Virus record (IMG/VR): IMGVR_UViG_3300025103_000049
Coordinates: 1 to 42,778 of that record
Reading direction: 5' to 3' (one strand)
DNA from: a virus
Taxonomy: Duplodnaviria; Caudoviricetes
Length of the DNA: 42,778 nt
The notes beneath the pieces were generated by a model. That model was not told the origin of the DNA. It made no database searches and was given only the letters and a program-made list of their open reading frames with translations. The stretch's first letter is position 1, and each line of letters starts with the position of its first letter. Shown piece by piece: positions 7,789-17,238 of this stretch. Position numbers and translations under genes: made by a program.

Positions 7789-8975
7789 GTTAACTCCTTT
7801 ATGTTGTCAAGCGCGGCCTCAGGGTTGTCCTTGTAGCACAAGAAGTGACCCTGCAACGCTGCCATGCTGACCTTCGTATCGCCCAGTTCTGCAACGAAGA
7901 CACTCGGGTCTAAGTCGTAGAACCTCTCGTAGAGTGAGGCGACCTGCTCGGGTTGAGCGTTGTCGATCAGCAACTCTAAGTCGATTCGTCCGGGTCTTAC
8001 CAAGGCGGCGTCTAAACGCTCTCGATGGTTAGTAGTCATAAATACTATCCTGCCCTCCGCAGCACTGACACCATCGAGTAGGTTCAGTAAGTTGGACAGC
8101 GAGATAGCCTGTTTGTTCTCCCGCTCGACGAAGGCACAGTCGATGTCCTCCAGCAGCAGGATTGAGTTCTCCTTCATGTCGCCCATGAGCGTGGACAGTT
8201 CGTCCTCACCAACCTGCCCTAAGTTTAAGACGTTGATGTTCAGGTTAAACTCACTCGCTATGGCGGTCACAATGGATGACTTGCCGTTGCCCGGAGGCCC
8301 GGTCAGTAGGTAGCCCCGCCGATACGGGATCATCATCCGGTTGTACCATTCCTTGTTGTCGATGAAACCATCAACATCGTCGGCCAGTGTTTGCCGAAGC
8401 TCACCACCCAGTATAACGCTGGACAGGTCACGCTTCCGCTTCTTGGTCCCACGGGTCCAGTACCCATGCTCGCCCACTTCGAATACCTTAATGAAGTCGT
8501 CGGCATCCTTCTTGACTGTCTTGCGACACTCATCGACGAAGGCCTCGACATGCTTGCGGTTACCGAACATGGCGATCACCCAACGCTCTCGGAACGCTCG
8601 GTGGGCATTGTCACCCGTACCCTCTCGGCGGGCACGTCTTAAGATCACAGGTCTGCCTTTGAACCACAACAGGTGTCGTCCTGGCGCGGGGCTGTATGCG
8701 GCAGTCCCCACTCTCCGGGCCTCTACTGTGATCCTCTTGGCCTTGGTCATGTACTGGTGTTGACTCAGCCACTCGCTCACCCACTTGAAGGTATCACTGC
8801 GGTCAGGGATATCCATCTCTGTGATGAACAGCAAGCGCATCCACTTGATGATCTTGAACGGCCAAGTCTTGACTTGGTTGAGGACGAAGGCCATAGCAGC
8901 CAGGACTGCACCACCAGCGATCAAATCATTCTTCGCTATCTGTTCCGTCAGGAACGTCGTTATCGTCTCCAACAT
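7770..8975 (-). CDS. BCS1-like membrane-anchored AAA ATPase
   Basis: N-terminal hydrophobic helix, PAPGRHLLWFKGR segment, WYNRMMIPYRRGYLLTGPPGNGKSS (Walker A), LLLEDID (Walker B), LLNLLDG, MTTNH, LDAALVRPGRID. Confidence 0.85.
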   Translation of the reverse strand: MLETITTFLTEQIAKNDLIAGGAVLAAMAFVLNQVKTWPFKIIKWMRLLFITEMDIPDRSDTFKWVSEWLSQHQYMTKAKRITVEARRVGTAAYSPAPGRHLLWFKGRPVILRRARREGTGDNAHRAFRERWVIAMFGNRKHVEAFVDECRKTVKKDADDFIKVFEVGEHGYWTRGTKKRKRDLSSVILGGELRQTLADDVDGFIDNKEWYNRMMIPYRRGYLLTGPPGNGKSSIVTAIASEFNLNINVLNLGQVGEDELSTLMGDMKENSILLLEDIDCAFVERENKQAISLSNLLNLLDGVSAAEGRIVFMTTNHRERLDAALVRPGRIDLELLIDNAQPEQVASLYERFYDLDPSVFVAELGDTKVSMAALQGHFLCYKDNPEAALDNIKELTCPPTG

Positions 8976-9237
8976 CTTCGCCGCCAATCTCAATAGGTAC
9001 TGATAGTTGTGGGGTGAACGGTTGCAGGGAGAAGTGGATCGTGGGGATCAACTCGCCCGGCTGGGTGTTGTCACCCGGTTCCATGAAAGTGATGTTACCA
9101 GTAAAGCTCGTACCACCCACAGCGTTCATAGCCTGCTCCATCTGTAGGAACACCTGTAAGACGCCGGGGCCGAAGTTGTTGTTAACTCGCAGGGCGGCTA
9201 ACTGGTTGATCATCGACAACTGTTGTTCTTCACTCAT
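8926..9237 (-). CDS. hypothetical protein
   Basis: ORF 8926..9261; ATG 9237 after GGAG. Confidence 0.6.
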   Translation of the reverse strand: MSEEQQLSMINQLAALRVNNNFGPGVLQVFLQMEQAMNAVGGTSFTGNITFMEPGDNTQPGELIPTIHFSLQPFTPQLSVPIEIGGEDVGDDNDVPDGTDSEE

Positions 9238-9535
9238 CAATCTTCTCCAATTTAACACCAACGGGTAACCGCTTCTTCAAGCCTAGTTTACGTTTGATAA
9301 GACTGCGGGCCTCACTCCGTGTGTAAGCCTCAACACGCCCTGCCTTGTCGTCAAGACTCCAGAGCCAACTGGTCTTGGGCTTGTCTGTGTCGATACCTGC
9401 GGCCTTCTCTGCCCGCTTGCCAGCACGTGCTAGGTAGGCTAGTACCTCGTGAGCTTCGTACTTGCGTTCCTTCTGTACCATTCCGGCAAAGTTAGTACCG
9501 AACTGTTTCTTTGATCCTCGTGTTCTGCGTCCCAT
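9230..9535 (-). CDS. basic hypothetical protein
   Basis: ORF 9230..9631; ATG 9535 immediately after the upstream stop. Confidence 0.65.
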   Translation of the reverse strand: MGRRTRGSKKQFGTNFAGMVQKERKYEAHEVLAYLARAGKRAEKAAGIDTDKPKTSWLWSLDDKAGRVEAYTRSEARSLIKRKLGLKKRLPVGVKLEKIDE

Positions 9536-9536
9536 G

Positions 9537-10526
9537 TTATCTTCCCTTGTAAGTGTAAGTAGGTTTGGCACACTTCGCAAAGAAGTCGCCTTCTGATGAT
9601 CCATCCGACAGCATCGACCGAGCCATCGCATCCAATTGTTTGCAACGTTGTAAGCTAACGTCTTTCGACAACTCAGTAAAGATATGTCGAGCGTTCAGTG
9701 CAGCTCGCATTGTTACCAGTCGTTCGTATAGCCCCATCTGGTGGGCCACCGATACTTTGGTAACGTGGCTGGCGACCCTCATCAGTGGCTTACCACCGGG
9801 GACACCCTTACCAACTAACTGCTCAATGCAACAGATCGTGTTCTGACTTCCGACAGGCTCGCCTGCCATCCATCCGTACATTGTCAACTGGTCCGCCCAG
9901 TCGATGCTGATCTGTTCCATGTTGTACTTGTTGACCATAATGCCAAGGTGTTCCACAGGCTCGAATAGCTTGTGTGACTTACCATGACTGCGGGACGGCT
10001 TATCAAAGCCTACTCCGTCGAAGCAACAGGCGAAGCCCTTGCTAGGTGACGTCGATCCCTTACCACAGTATCCGTTGACCTTCCAGTCTAGGACAATGTG
10101 GGCACCGTTACGGTGGATGAACTGGCAATCCGGCTTACCGGAGATATGCAGGTCATCGCCAAGTACAATCTCTGACGTGAACTCAAACTGTGGATCACCT
10201 TGTGAGCCTTCTAGCAGGTCCGTCAGACGCTTGTAAGCACCTGAGTGAACGTAACTAGCCATGCAGTGCTGTCCCGCTTCACGGGCGAAGTCACGAACGT
10301 GTGGCTCTACTTGGGTTTCAAACAGTTCCTCGGTCATATCGACTCCGAGGATTTCATTCATAAGACGACCCTTGACGAATGCGTCGAAGGCCGACCCCAC
10401 TGATGCAGGCTTAGACTGCGGGTCGCGGGGAGTTCTTGGTTCCGCACAGTAAGTCAAGTAGTATGACTCACGATCTTTCTCGAACCGTGCTAATGCACTT
10501 GGGCTGATTCTCGATGGCGTTCTCAT
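9537..10526 (-). CDS. PD-(D/E)XK nuclease-like protein (Cas4/RecB-like exonuclease)
   Basis: ISPSAL, GSAFD, E..., GKPD, VLDWK, QL.MY motifs in the expected order. Confidence 0.7.
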   Translation of the reverse strand: MRTPSRISPSALARFEKDRESYYLTYCAEPRTPRDPQSKPASVGSAFDAFVKGRLMNEILGVDMTEELFETQVEPHVRDFAREAGQHCMASYVHSGAYKRLTDLLEGSQGDPQFEFTSEIVLGDDLHISGKPDCQFIHRNGAHIVLDWKVNGYCGKGSTSPSKGFACCFDGVGFDKPSRSHGKSHKLFEPVEHLGIMVNKYNMEQISIDWADQLTMYGWMAGEPVGSQNTICCIEQLVGKGVPGGKPLMRVASHVTKVSVAHQMGLYERLVTMRAALNARHIFTELSKDVSLQRCKQLDAMARSMLSDGSSEGDFFAKCAKPTYTYKGR

Positions 10527-10528
10527 AA

Positions 10529-10933
10529 TTATTTCCCCGTGCTAAAAGGTAGCAGTGGGGCGTTGGGGTCACCTAAGATTTCGTTGATCTCGGCGTAGAC
10601 CTCAGGGTACTTCCTAAGAAGAATCTTAAAGAAGGCGTACACTTCGAACTGGTGGATTCGTAAGTTCCGTTCTGCCTTCTGACGTTCAGTTCGCTCTCCT
10701 AAGAAGTCTTGCCGGGATGCGTCTGCTGACTTCATCCAAGCCTGCTGAGAGCGGATAGCCTCAGCGATGATCAATTGTTGCTCATGCTCTTGGATCATCT
10801 GGTCGTAGGCGTTCTCGTACTTCTCCATGTAAGCCATCTCCAGTTGAGATGCGTTGAAAAGCACAAAGATCAGCAGGCCCAGTGTAGTCCAAGTAGCGGT
10901 GAAGCTAATACAATTCCAAAGTTTCCGTAACAT
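10529..10933 (-). CDS. membrane-anchored coiled-coil protein
   Basis: N-terminal hydrophobic stretch WTTLGLLIFVLF then charged helical region; GGAG before ATG 10933. Confidence 0.6.
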   Translation of the reverse strand: MLRKLWNCISFTATWTTLGLLIFVLFNASQLEMAYMEKYENAYDQMIQEHEQQLIIAEAIRSQQAWMKSADASRQDFLGERTERQKAERNLRIHQFEVYAFFKILLRKYPEVYAEINEILGDPNAPLLPFSTGK

Positions 10934-10934
10934 T

Positions 10935-11549
10935 CTATTCTCCATCTAAGTAAAAGTTTGCGATTCGTTTCAAGTGCGACTTAACGTGCCGCTGGTGTAT
11001 GTTGACTTGCCCGCTGATGGCACTGTCACTAAGACCGGCCATCTTTAACTCGACCAACTTTCGGTCGAACGAGTCGAGCAACTCTAGGAACGTGTCGAAC
11101 CAAACGGTGTCGAACACGATATCGTCATCAGTACGTCTCTCAGTACCAGTGAGTTTTTGTTTAGTTAAGATGATGTTGTGGCGGCGACCCGTGGTAGCAG
11201 GTAGCGTGACCGCAACTGACATCTCTCGAAGCCACTTCTTAACTGCACCTAAGCAGCTAAGTTTTGCAGCGTTCATAAAGTGTGACGAAGTGAACTGTTG
11301 GCCCAGATGCCCAAGCACGTACATGTTAAGTTCGAGCAGTGCCTCTGACTGACAGTCTTCGCGGTAAGGCTTGGCGGTCGGTGCCATGCGTACAAACCAG
11401 TCAACTGAGTTGACGATGTAGCCTACGAGTCCCTCGATCAGTGGTTTGGTAATGGTCTCGTCCCCGTTTGCGTACCGTTCCATGTCGGCTTCGGAGGGGA
11501 TATGTTCATCAGGAATAACAAATCCGTGCGTGTTATTGTAGACTGACAT
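10935..11549 (-). CDS. sigma-factor-like protein (region 4 HTH)
   Basis: EDCQSEALL region-2-like segment; LDSFDRKLVELKMAGLSDSAISGQVNI..RHVKSHLKRI region-4-like HTH. Confidence 0.65.
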   Translation of the reverse strand: MSVYNNTHGFVIPDEHIPSEADMERYANGDETITKPLIEGLVGYIVNSVDWFVRMAPTAKPYREDCQSEALLELNMYVLGHLGQQFTSSHFMNAAKLSCLGAVKKWLREMSVAVTLPATTGRRHNIILTKQKLTGTERRTDDDIVFDTVWFDTFLELLDSFDRKLVELKMAGLSDSAISGQVNIHQRHVKSHLKRIANFYLDGE

Positions 11550-12019
11550 TAGATTACCTTTTGTATTAGAAAGAATTGACGTGGCTGGAAGTCGGGTTTA
11601 TCAGTCCACTGATAAGTGTACCCTCTGGGGTCGTAAATCGTCTCCGTCGCTCTGTCCCATGCTACCGCATGTCCTGTCTCGCTTCCCTCTACGACTCCGA
11701 AGATAACTCCGTTGCCTCGTATCATCGCTCCGAAGAATCTGTTACGTCCTAAGAAAGCGGCGTGATTCATAATGCTGCCCCCGTGCTTCAGGCAGGGGTT
11801 CAGTTCGTACATGGTGCAGGCCATGTTGTCTTGTGCTAGGATGTCCACGAACTCCTGTGGGTGGTAGCTACGCCTGCAAGCTGGTTCCTTCTCGTCAGGG
11901 CAGATGATGTCTTGCCCGTCGTGACCTAGCCGCCGGATCAGTTCGTCCATTGGAACGTCCATCACCATGGCGAAGGATGCCGGGACACACTGGTTGGTCT
12001 TCGATTCAATTATCTTCAC
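11549..12019 (-). CDS. papain-fold (C39-like) cysteine peptidase-like protein
   Basis: NQCVPASFAM (Cys), GHAVAW (His), IYDP; GTG 12019 after GGGAG. Confidence 0.55.
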   Translation of the reverse strand: MKIIESKTNQCVPASFAMVMDVPMDELIRRLGHDGQDIICPDEKEPACRRSYHPQEFVDILAQDNMACTMYELNPCLKHGGSIMNHAAFLGRNRFFGAMIRGNGVIFGVVEGSETGHAVAWDRATETIYDPRGYTYQWTDKPDFQPRQFFLIQKVI

Positions 12020-12494
12020 AGTAGTAGACTCCCATCTTGTTCGCAATTGGCTTGGAATATAAGTGTAGTGTGACCAGTCGTTTGTCCGTCTGGTTGGATA
12101 GCCGGTGTATGCACTTCGCACTCGCGGCTATCGTGCTGGGCCTCTTGAAGCAAAGCGAGTACACCTTGTTAGTGTACCCCTCTGTGTCAGCCATGCCGTA
12201 GTTGTCTTCGGTGACCTCACCCTCCAGTACCTTCAGGGCACATGAGCTTTCGCCGTGGTCGTGGATCATCGACCCCTGCCCCGGTAGCCAGCACATGACC
12301 AGCAACTCGAACCACTTGCCACTCGCTACCACGTTGCGTGTGTAGAAGTGATCGTCCCATTCCATCTCATCCTGGAAGTCGTCTACAGTTACCCGAGAGT
12401 ACTTTAACAGTTGCTCTAAGATGAACGGCTCTGCTACATCTACCAGTTGTCGGCAGTGGTAGATCAGTTTATCCTTGGGGCTTAGGGTCATCAT
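12006..12494 (-). CDS. cysteine dioxygenase family protein
   Basis: YTRN, ELLVMCWLPGQGS.IHDH...C..KVLEG, IHRLSN, TLHLYS. Confidence 0.88.
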   Translation of the reverse strand: MMTLSPKDKLIYHCRQLVDVAEPFILEQLLKYSRVTVDDFQDEMEWDDHFYTRNVVASGKWFELLVMCWLPGQGSMIHDHGESSCALKVLEGEVTEDNYGMADTEGYTNKVYSLCFKRPSTIAASAKCIHRLSNQTDKRLVTLHLYSKPIANKMGVYYCEDN

Positions 12495-12909
12495 CTAATT
12501 CCTCTAGTAGTTTATCTATGTCTATCTTCGTGTCCCAGCTCGACTTCCAGAAGTCTCTGAAGTTCGGTGAGCCGGACACAAGAACCTCGTCGTGTTCTTG
12601 TAGCATGTGGTCCTTGGTGCAGTCCTTGGACGACTTCGCTCCGATGATCCAGATGCCGATGCCGTAGGATTCCCATATGGGCCACTTCTTCTTTTGGGCC
12701 TTGGTAAACGTGTAACGTCCGTAGACCTTAACGTCAACCCAGCGAGTCCCGTAACGCTTGTGTGCTAGGTAAAGATCGGGGATGCCGGTCTGGAAGGCGT
12801 TACCCACCATCCTCTCGACATGCCACCCCTTACCTTCAAGGAACTTAACCCACTTATTCTGAATATGAAATTCAGGGCCGTTCTTGGCCCTCGCCTTAAA
12901 TGGGTCCAT
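12469..12909 (-). CDS. VRR-NUC-like nuclease
   Basis: E..IQ......L...GW, GIPDL, WVDVK, T.AQ. Confidence 0.7.
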   Translation of the reverse strand: MDPFKARAKNGPEFHIQNKWVKFLEGKGWHVERMVGNAFQTGIPDLYLAHKRYGTRWVDVKVYGRYTFTKAQKKKWPIWESYGIGIWIIGAKSSKDCTKDHMLQEHDEVLVSGSPNFRDFWKSSWDTKIDIDKLLEELDDDPKPQG

Positions 12910-12917
12910 GTCCCCTC

Positions 12918-15425
12918 CTATGTAGTCGCCTCCATCTCGGAGATGATCTTATCTTTATCATAGGTGATATGGTTTACGTTCTCCATGCCACCCTTCTTCT
13001 CGGCCCAGTTAGCCATATCTTTGCACCAAGTCATGCCGATCAAAGGCACCTGCTTGCGGAAACCCTCGACCGTCTTAGCCACCGTGTCAGAGACAAGCTC
13101 AACGTAGTCCGGGTGAGTCACACAGATGATCTCATCATGCACGTTCATCGGAGCTACAATCCACTGGTGGGCACCGACTGGTTGGTGTTCCCAGATAGCG
13201 ACCTGTGTGTACTTGGTAATCTCAGCACCGGGTGATTGAATCTCGTGGTTGGCCGCAGCTCGAACAGTAGCCTCGCAGATGCCAAACGCTGCACCGTACA
13301 GTGCGGAGGACAAAGCCCCGTGTGCCTTCTGCTTACCACGCTGTTCTGACCGTGTGACGATTGCGTCACAAGCCATCCACTCCGAGGGCAAGTGTGCTGC
13401 CATCTCAAAGAGAGACTCAGCAATCTCGTACTCCAAAGTGAAGTACCGCTTAAACCCTAAGAAGGACTCAACGAATTCCTTAGGCTCGACCCACTCGATA
13501 GCAGACCCGATGCCACCCGGTTGTAAGAGCGGCTGATGCGAGTCAATGACACGCTGGCGGCTATCACCAATTCCGGGGAACATCTCACCCCACTGAGCGA
13601 AGGCCTGTTCAGCGATCTTCTCAGGGATACCTAAGTTCCGGTTCAATGTACTAGCGTTACCACCATAGATCATGGCGAACACACCAGCTTTGGCCTTACC
13701 GTACATGTTACCGAACTCGTAGTCGTGTTCGTTGTGATCCGAGTCAAGGATCTGTTCGTAGGTATGACCGGGGAATAATAAAGTGCCGAACAGTCCGTGT
13801 AACTTCTGTCCCGTGACGATGGCGGTTCGCAAGTCAGGGTCATTGTAAACGGCGTCGGCAATTGTAACTTCGAAAGCATCGAAGTCACCACCGCTGAGTG
13901 TATAGCCATCCCAAATTAAAGGAAACTGTCTACGCACGTTGGAATCGTGATTGATCCCTTGTGCATTCAGTCCGTCGCCACCTGCCATCCGGTTGGACAA
14001 TGTACCAGTAACTTTGAATGAAGCGTGAAAACGCCCAGCGAGTAGTAGTTTATTGTAAAGCTCGATCTCCTTCTTGGCGACCTTGATTCCTAAGACCTCG
14101 GCAGCTCGTGAGGATGCAGGGTGCATTCCCTTCTTCACGATACCAGTGCCGTCGCAACGTGGGCAGTCTTCTTCCAGGCCCATGCACTTCAGGCAGTCTT
14201 CGTCCTCGGTGATCATCCACTGCGACATCTCTTCCAGCTTGGAACGCTTGGTAGTGTCGCTCAGGAATACGCTCTCAGTGTCATCGCAGCACTCGTTGAT
14301 GTACTTGCGAATCTCTGGGGGCTTGTTCGTGTTGATCGGTGTCTTGATGGCGGTCTCTTCGGCCTTGGCCTTGAGTGTTCGGATGCCATCTTCGTTGATC
14401 GAGAAGCCGTGCCACCTCACCGATGCGACCATGCAGGTCAGCAGTGAGTCCTTGTCACCGGGGGTTGGCTTGTCCCAGTGGTAGTAAAGGCCACGGGTGT
14501 AAACGATATCGTCGTGAGCGTACTCGCGGGCAGCAGCGTCCGTGTTCCAGTGATGGATATGGGCTGCTATGCGTCCCGGCCAAGCGTAGCCCTTGATGAC
14601 TTCTTCGCCTTCGTTATTGATTTCTGTGTAAGCCCAATCCTTGTCGGCACTGGAGATAGCCTTGGCGAACGGGGCATAGCCCAGCTCGACGGGTCGCATG
14701 TCAGGTGAGATGCAGATGTCCGAGTGCTGATGTTTGGGTGGTAGTTTCAGTACATGCTCTGCCAGTGCTTTCAAGCCACCGGAAGGGCTGAACCGAAGAA
14801 CAACGTCAGCGAAGTTGCGGTCAACCTTGCCACTGTTGCTGATGCGATCAATGACACCCCAGCGAGGTGCGTCACGATCCATTGTGCGGGCGAAGTAGAT
14901 CGGGTCTAACTCTACGTGTTCTTCTAAGTAAGCGGCCACAGCGTAAGCCATAGGGATCATGTGATCGTTGTGGCGAACTGGTGCCATGGGCACTCGCTTG
15001 ATGCGAATGTCCTTGCGAGCCATAAGAGACTGGTACGGTCCCTTGCGGCTGTACAGCATAAGATCGAGTGCTGAGAACGGTTTGATACAGTTACCGTCCC
15101 GTGCGTCCATCTCCACCTCTGCGATCTCGTTTATGTGCTGCTCAGGAATCCAAGTAGGATCAAGCAGCGACCAGATCGAGTGTAGCTTTTGGATTTGGAA
15201 GTGATCGAAGGCTAGGTTAAAGCCGATGACTACGTGGTTCATCATTGCTTCGATAAGTCCGAGGGTCTTACCGACTGGTTCCTTCCAGATTTCGTACAGC
15301 ACGATGTCTCCATGCTCCCCAACTGCGTATTGCAGAAGGGTAGGCATTCCGTGTAATCCACAGGTCTCTGTATCGTAGAATACTAGGTCTTTCGTCGTAT
15401 TGTATAGTAAGTCAGTCGAGGTCAT
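12918..15425 (-). CDS. DNA polymerase family A with 3'-5' exonuclease domain
   Basis: Exo I YDTET, Exo II GFNLAFD, Exo III YAHDD; motif A DFDAFE, motif B KAKAGVFAMIYGG, motif C NVHDE. Confidence 0.9.
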   Translation of the reverse strand: MTSTDLLYNTTKDLVFYDTETCGLHGMPTLLQYAVGEHGDIVLYEIWKEPVGKTLGLIEAMMNHVVIGFNLAFDHFQIQKLHSIWSLLDPTWIPEQHINEIAEVEMDARDGNCIKPFSALDLMLYSRKGPYQSLMARKDIRIKRVPMAPVRHNDHMIPMAYAVAAYLEEHVELDPIYFARTMDRDAPRWGVIDRISNSGKVDRNFADVVLRFSPSGGLKALAEHVLKLPPKHQHSDICISPDMRPVELGYAPFAKAISSADKDWAYTEINNEGEEVIKGYAWPGRIAAHIHHWNTDAAAREYAHDDIVYTRGLYYHWDKPTPGDKDSLLTCMVASVRWHGFSINEDGIRTLKAKAEETAIKTPINTNKPPEIRKYINECCDDTESVFLSDTTKRSKLEEMSQWMITEDEDCLKCMGLEEDCPRCDGTGIVKKGMHPASSRAAEVLGIKVAKKEIELYNKLLLAGRFHASFKVTGTLSNRMAGGDGLNAQGINHDSNVRRQFPLIWDGYTLSGGDFDAFEVTIADAVYNDPDLRTAIVTGQKLHGLFGTLLFPGHTYEQILDSDHNEHDYEFGNMYGKAKAGVFAMIYGGNASTLNRNLGIPEKIAEQAFAQWGEMFPGIGDSRQRVIDSHQPLLQPGGIGSAIEWVEPKEFVESFLGFKRYFTLEYEIAESLFEMAAHLPSEWMACDAIVTRSEQRGKQKAHGALSSALYGAAFGICEATVRAAANHEIQSPGAEITKYTQVAIWEHQPVGAHQWIVAPMNVHDEIICVTHPDYVELVSDTVAKTVEGFRKQVPLIGMTWCKDMANWAEKKGGMENVNHITYDKDKIISEMEATT

Positions 15426-15426
15426 A

Positions 15427-16056
15427 TTATTTATCCAGTGTCTTGAGTAAGTTTCGTAATTGTGTCGGTACGATGAATACTGTGTTCTTGCCGTTGGACA
15501 GGTTCAGGATACCAACCAGCTTGCCGTCTCGTACAACAGCACCGCCTGAGTCACCACTGCGGGCACCGGCTCCTACCAAGAGTCGTAAGTCATCTGCTTC
15601 GTCGCCTTCGTCGCTGCCCAAGCCCATGCTGGTGGCGTTGACGAATCCAGAGATGATACCTGTCTGCTTCAGGTAAGGGCCGTAGCCGTAACCGTGAATC
15701 GACCCGGAGACGTTAGCCTTTGGGTCTTGGCCGATAGGCAAGGTCTTGTAGGTGACTGACTCGATCTCGATGATTGCCAAGTCCCACTGTTCGCTCTCTG
15801 CGACGACTTTGCCTTTGATGACTGTCCAGTCACCGAATAGAATCTCGACGGCGTTGTCAGCCTCTCGACCCTCTACAACGTGGAAGTTGGTGACCACTCG
15901 TGTTGGAGAGATAAGTGACCCAGAACCCATCGACTCAGGAACGTTGTCATTGCCTCGTTTGCTAATGTAAACTCGGACGCACCACTCGGGTGGCTCCGTA
16001 GCAAAGGCAGGTGTAACGAAAGCGAAAGCAAGTAGTAGGGATAGTAAGGGTCTCAT
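15427..16056 (-). CDS. secreted trypsin-like serine protease
   Basis: Signal peptide MRPLLSLLLAFAFVTPAFA; catalytic triad TNFHVV, DLA, GDSGG. Confidence 0.9.
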   Translation of the reverse strand: MRPLLSLLLAFAFVTPAFATEPPEWCVRVYISKRGNDNVPESMGSGSLISPTRVVTNFHVVEGREADNAVEILFGDWTVIKGKVVAESEQWDLAIIEIESVTYKTLPIGQDPKANVSGSIHGYGYGPYLKQTGIISGFVNATSMGLGSDEGDEADDLRLLVGAGARSGDSGGAVVRDGKLVGILNLSNGKNTVFIVPTQLRNLLKTLDK

Positions 16057-16463
16057 TCGTCTATTCTCCATAAGTCAAAACTGTATTGTTCTCCGTCAGC
16101 ACCGACACCTTCAACGGTCATTCCGGTTACCTCGCCCACCATGACGGAATGTCCTGAGGTGAACTTGAAGACCGGTCTAAGCGATCTCCCGAGCCAATCA
16201 TCCATATCGTGCTTGAGTGCAGGGTAGTGAGATTGGATAGCAATGACCTCTCCACTTTCAGTGAGCGGCGATGCTGTCTCTAAATCATACACCCTAAAAC
16301 CGTCCTTGTCAAGTACTCTTAGGAAATAAATGTATTCTCTGGTCTCAATGTAGACGTTAGTCCCTACATCCAGGATAGACGGTGTAACCCCACCTATGTC
16401 CTTCTGTAATCTTTCGAACCCTTTGATCTGGCTTCGTCGAATTTCGGGGGTCATTTCAGCCAT
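16053..16463 (-). CDS. hypothetical protein
   Basis: 136-aa ORF overlapping both neighbours (alternative start 16454). Confidence 0.7.
   Translation of the reverse strand: MAEMTPEIRRSQIKGFERLQKDIGGVTPSILDVGTNVYIETREYIYFLRVLDKDGFRVYDLETASPLTESGEVIAIQSHYPALKHDMDDWLGRSLRPVFKFTSGHSVMVGEVTGMTVEGVGADGEQYSFDLWRIDE
16284..16312 (-). promoter_or_regulatory. intragenic sigma70-type promoter upstream of protease/polymerase
   Basis: TACTTGACA (-35 at 16307-16312), 17 bp spacer, TATGAT (16284-16289). Confidence 0.6.
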
Positions 16464-17233
16464 CCTTTTCTATCTCGGAGCCACGTTAGGGCTTCGTTAA
16501 GTTCTTCGTCAGTAATTTCCCCAGCGGTCCAACTTAGGAAACGCAACAGTTGGGGGTTGAAACCCTCGGCCAGCATTCTGGCGATGAGTTCTTTGATCTC
16601 GGATTTGTTTCGTGTACGCTTACCGAAGTGAGTAACACTGGACTTGCCGTTGCTTTCCTTCTGAGCGTTTAGTATTTGCCTTGCCTTGGCCTCAGGGTCA
16701 CTTGAGTGTATGATCAGTCGGAGGTCACGTTCGGACAGTCTACCGGACGCTGCGGCCATCTGAATGAACTCAGCCTGCAACATCAGGTGTCGTCGGAGTG
16801 AAACCCACTTCTCGGACTTGTGTAACTCTTTGGCAATTGATCGGATCGTTCTATAAGAGGGGAACAGTTTCTCCAAAGAATTTGCTTCTTCGAGAATGTT
16901 TAGCTGTTGCCTTTCAAGATTCTCCGTGAGATTCACAATAGCGGCTTGTCGGTCGCTCATTCCGTGCCGTATGATGGCAGGAATCTCTACCCAACCCAGT
17001 CGGGTGCAGGCTGTGAATCGACGAAAACCACACACGAGTCTGTAGTCGAAGCCTTTGGGGGCGTCGGCTACATCCTCTATGGGTTGTACGTCTACGGGAA
17101 ATAGCAAGCCATCTTGGTCGATGCTTGCAGCCAGACTCTCAATAGAGTCTGATGATATTCCGGCCCGGCAATTGAACTCCGAGGAGACAAAGATCCGGTG
17201 CATAGAAATAGTATGTGCGCTGTAATTTCCCAT
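16451..17233 (-). CDS. ParB/RepB/Spo0J-like protein
   Basis: LAASIDQDGLLFPV, YRLVCGFRRFTA, NLTENLERQQLN, HTH IAKELHKSEKWV. Confidence 0.88.
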   Translation of the reverse strand: MGNYSAHTISMHRIFVSSEFNCRAGISSDSIESLAASIDQDGLLFPVDVQPIEDVADAPKGFDYRLVCGFRRFTACTRLGWVEIPAIIRHGMSDRQAAIVNLTENLERQQLNILEEANSLEKLFPSYRTIRSIAKELHKSEKWVSLRRHLMLQAEFIQMAAASGRLSERDLRLIIHSSDPEAKARQILNAQKESNGKSSVTHFGKRTRNKSEIKELIARMLAEGFNPQLLRFLSWTAGEITDEELNEALTWLRDRKGWLK

Positions 17234-17238
17234 ACTAT

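Noticed and set aside
7782-7810. TTGACA at 7805-7810 as a promoter
   Set aside because: No -10 hexamer at 16-18 bp spacing; the same holds for TTGACA at 3681-3686.
9537-10526. Cas4 as part of a CRISPR system
   Set aside because: Solo PD-(D/E)XK nuclease in a replication context; no array and no clear four-Cys Fe-S pattern.
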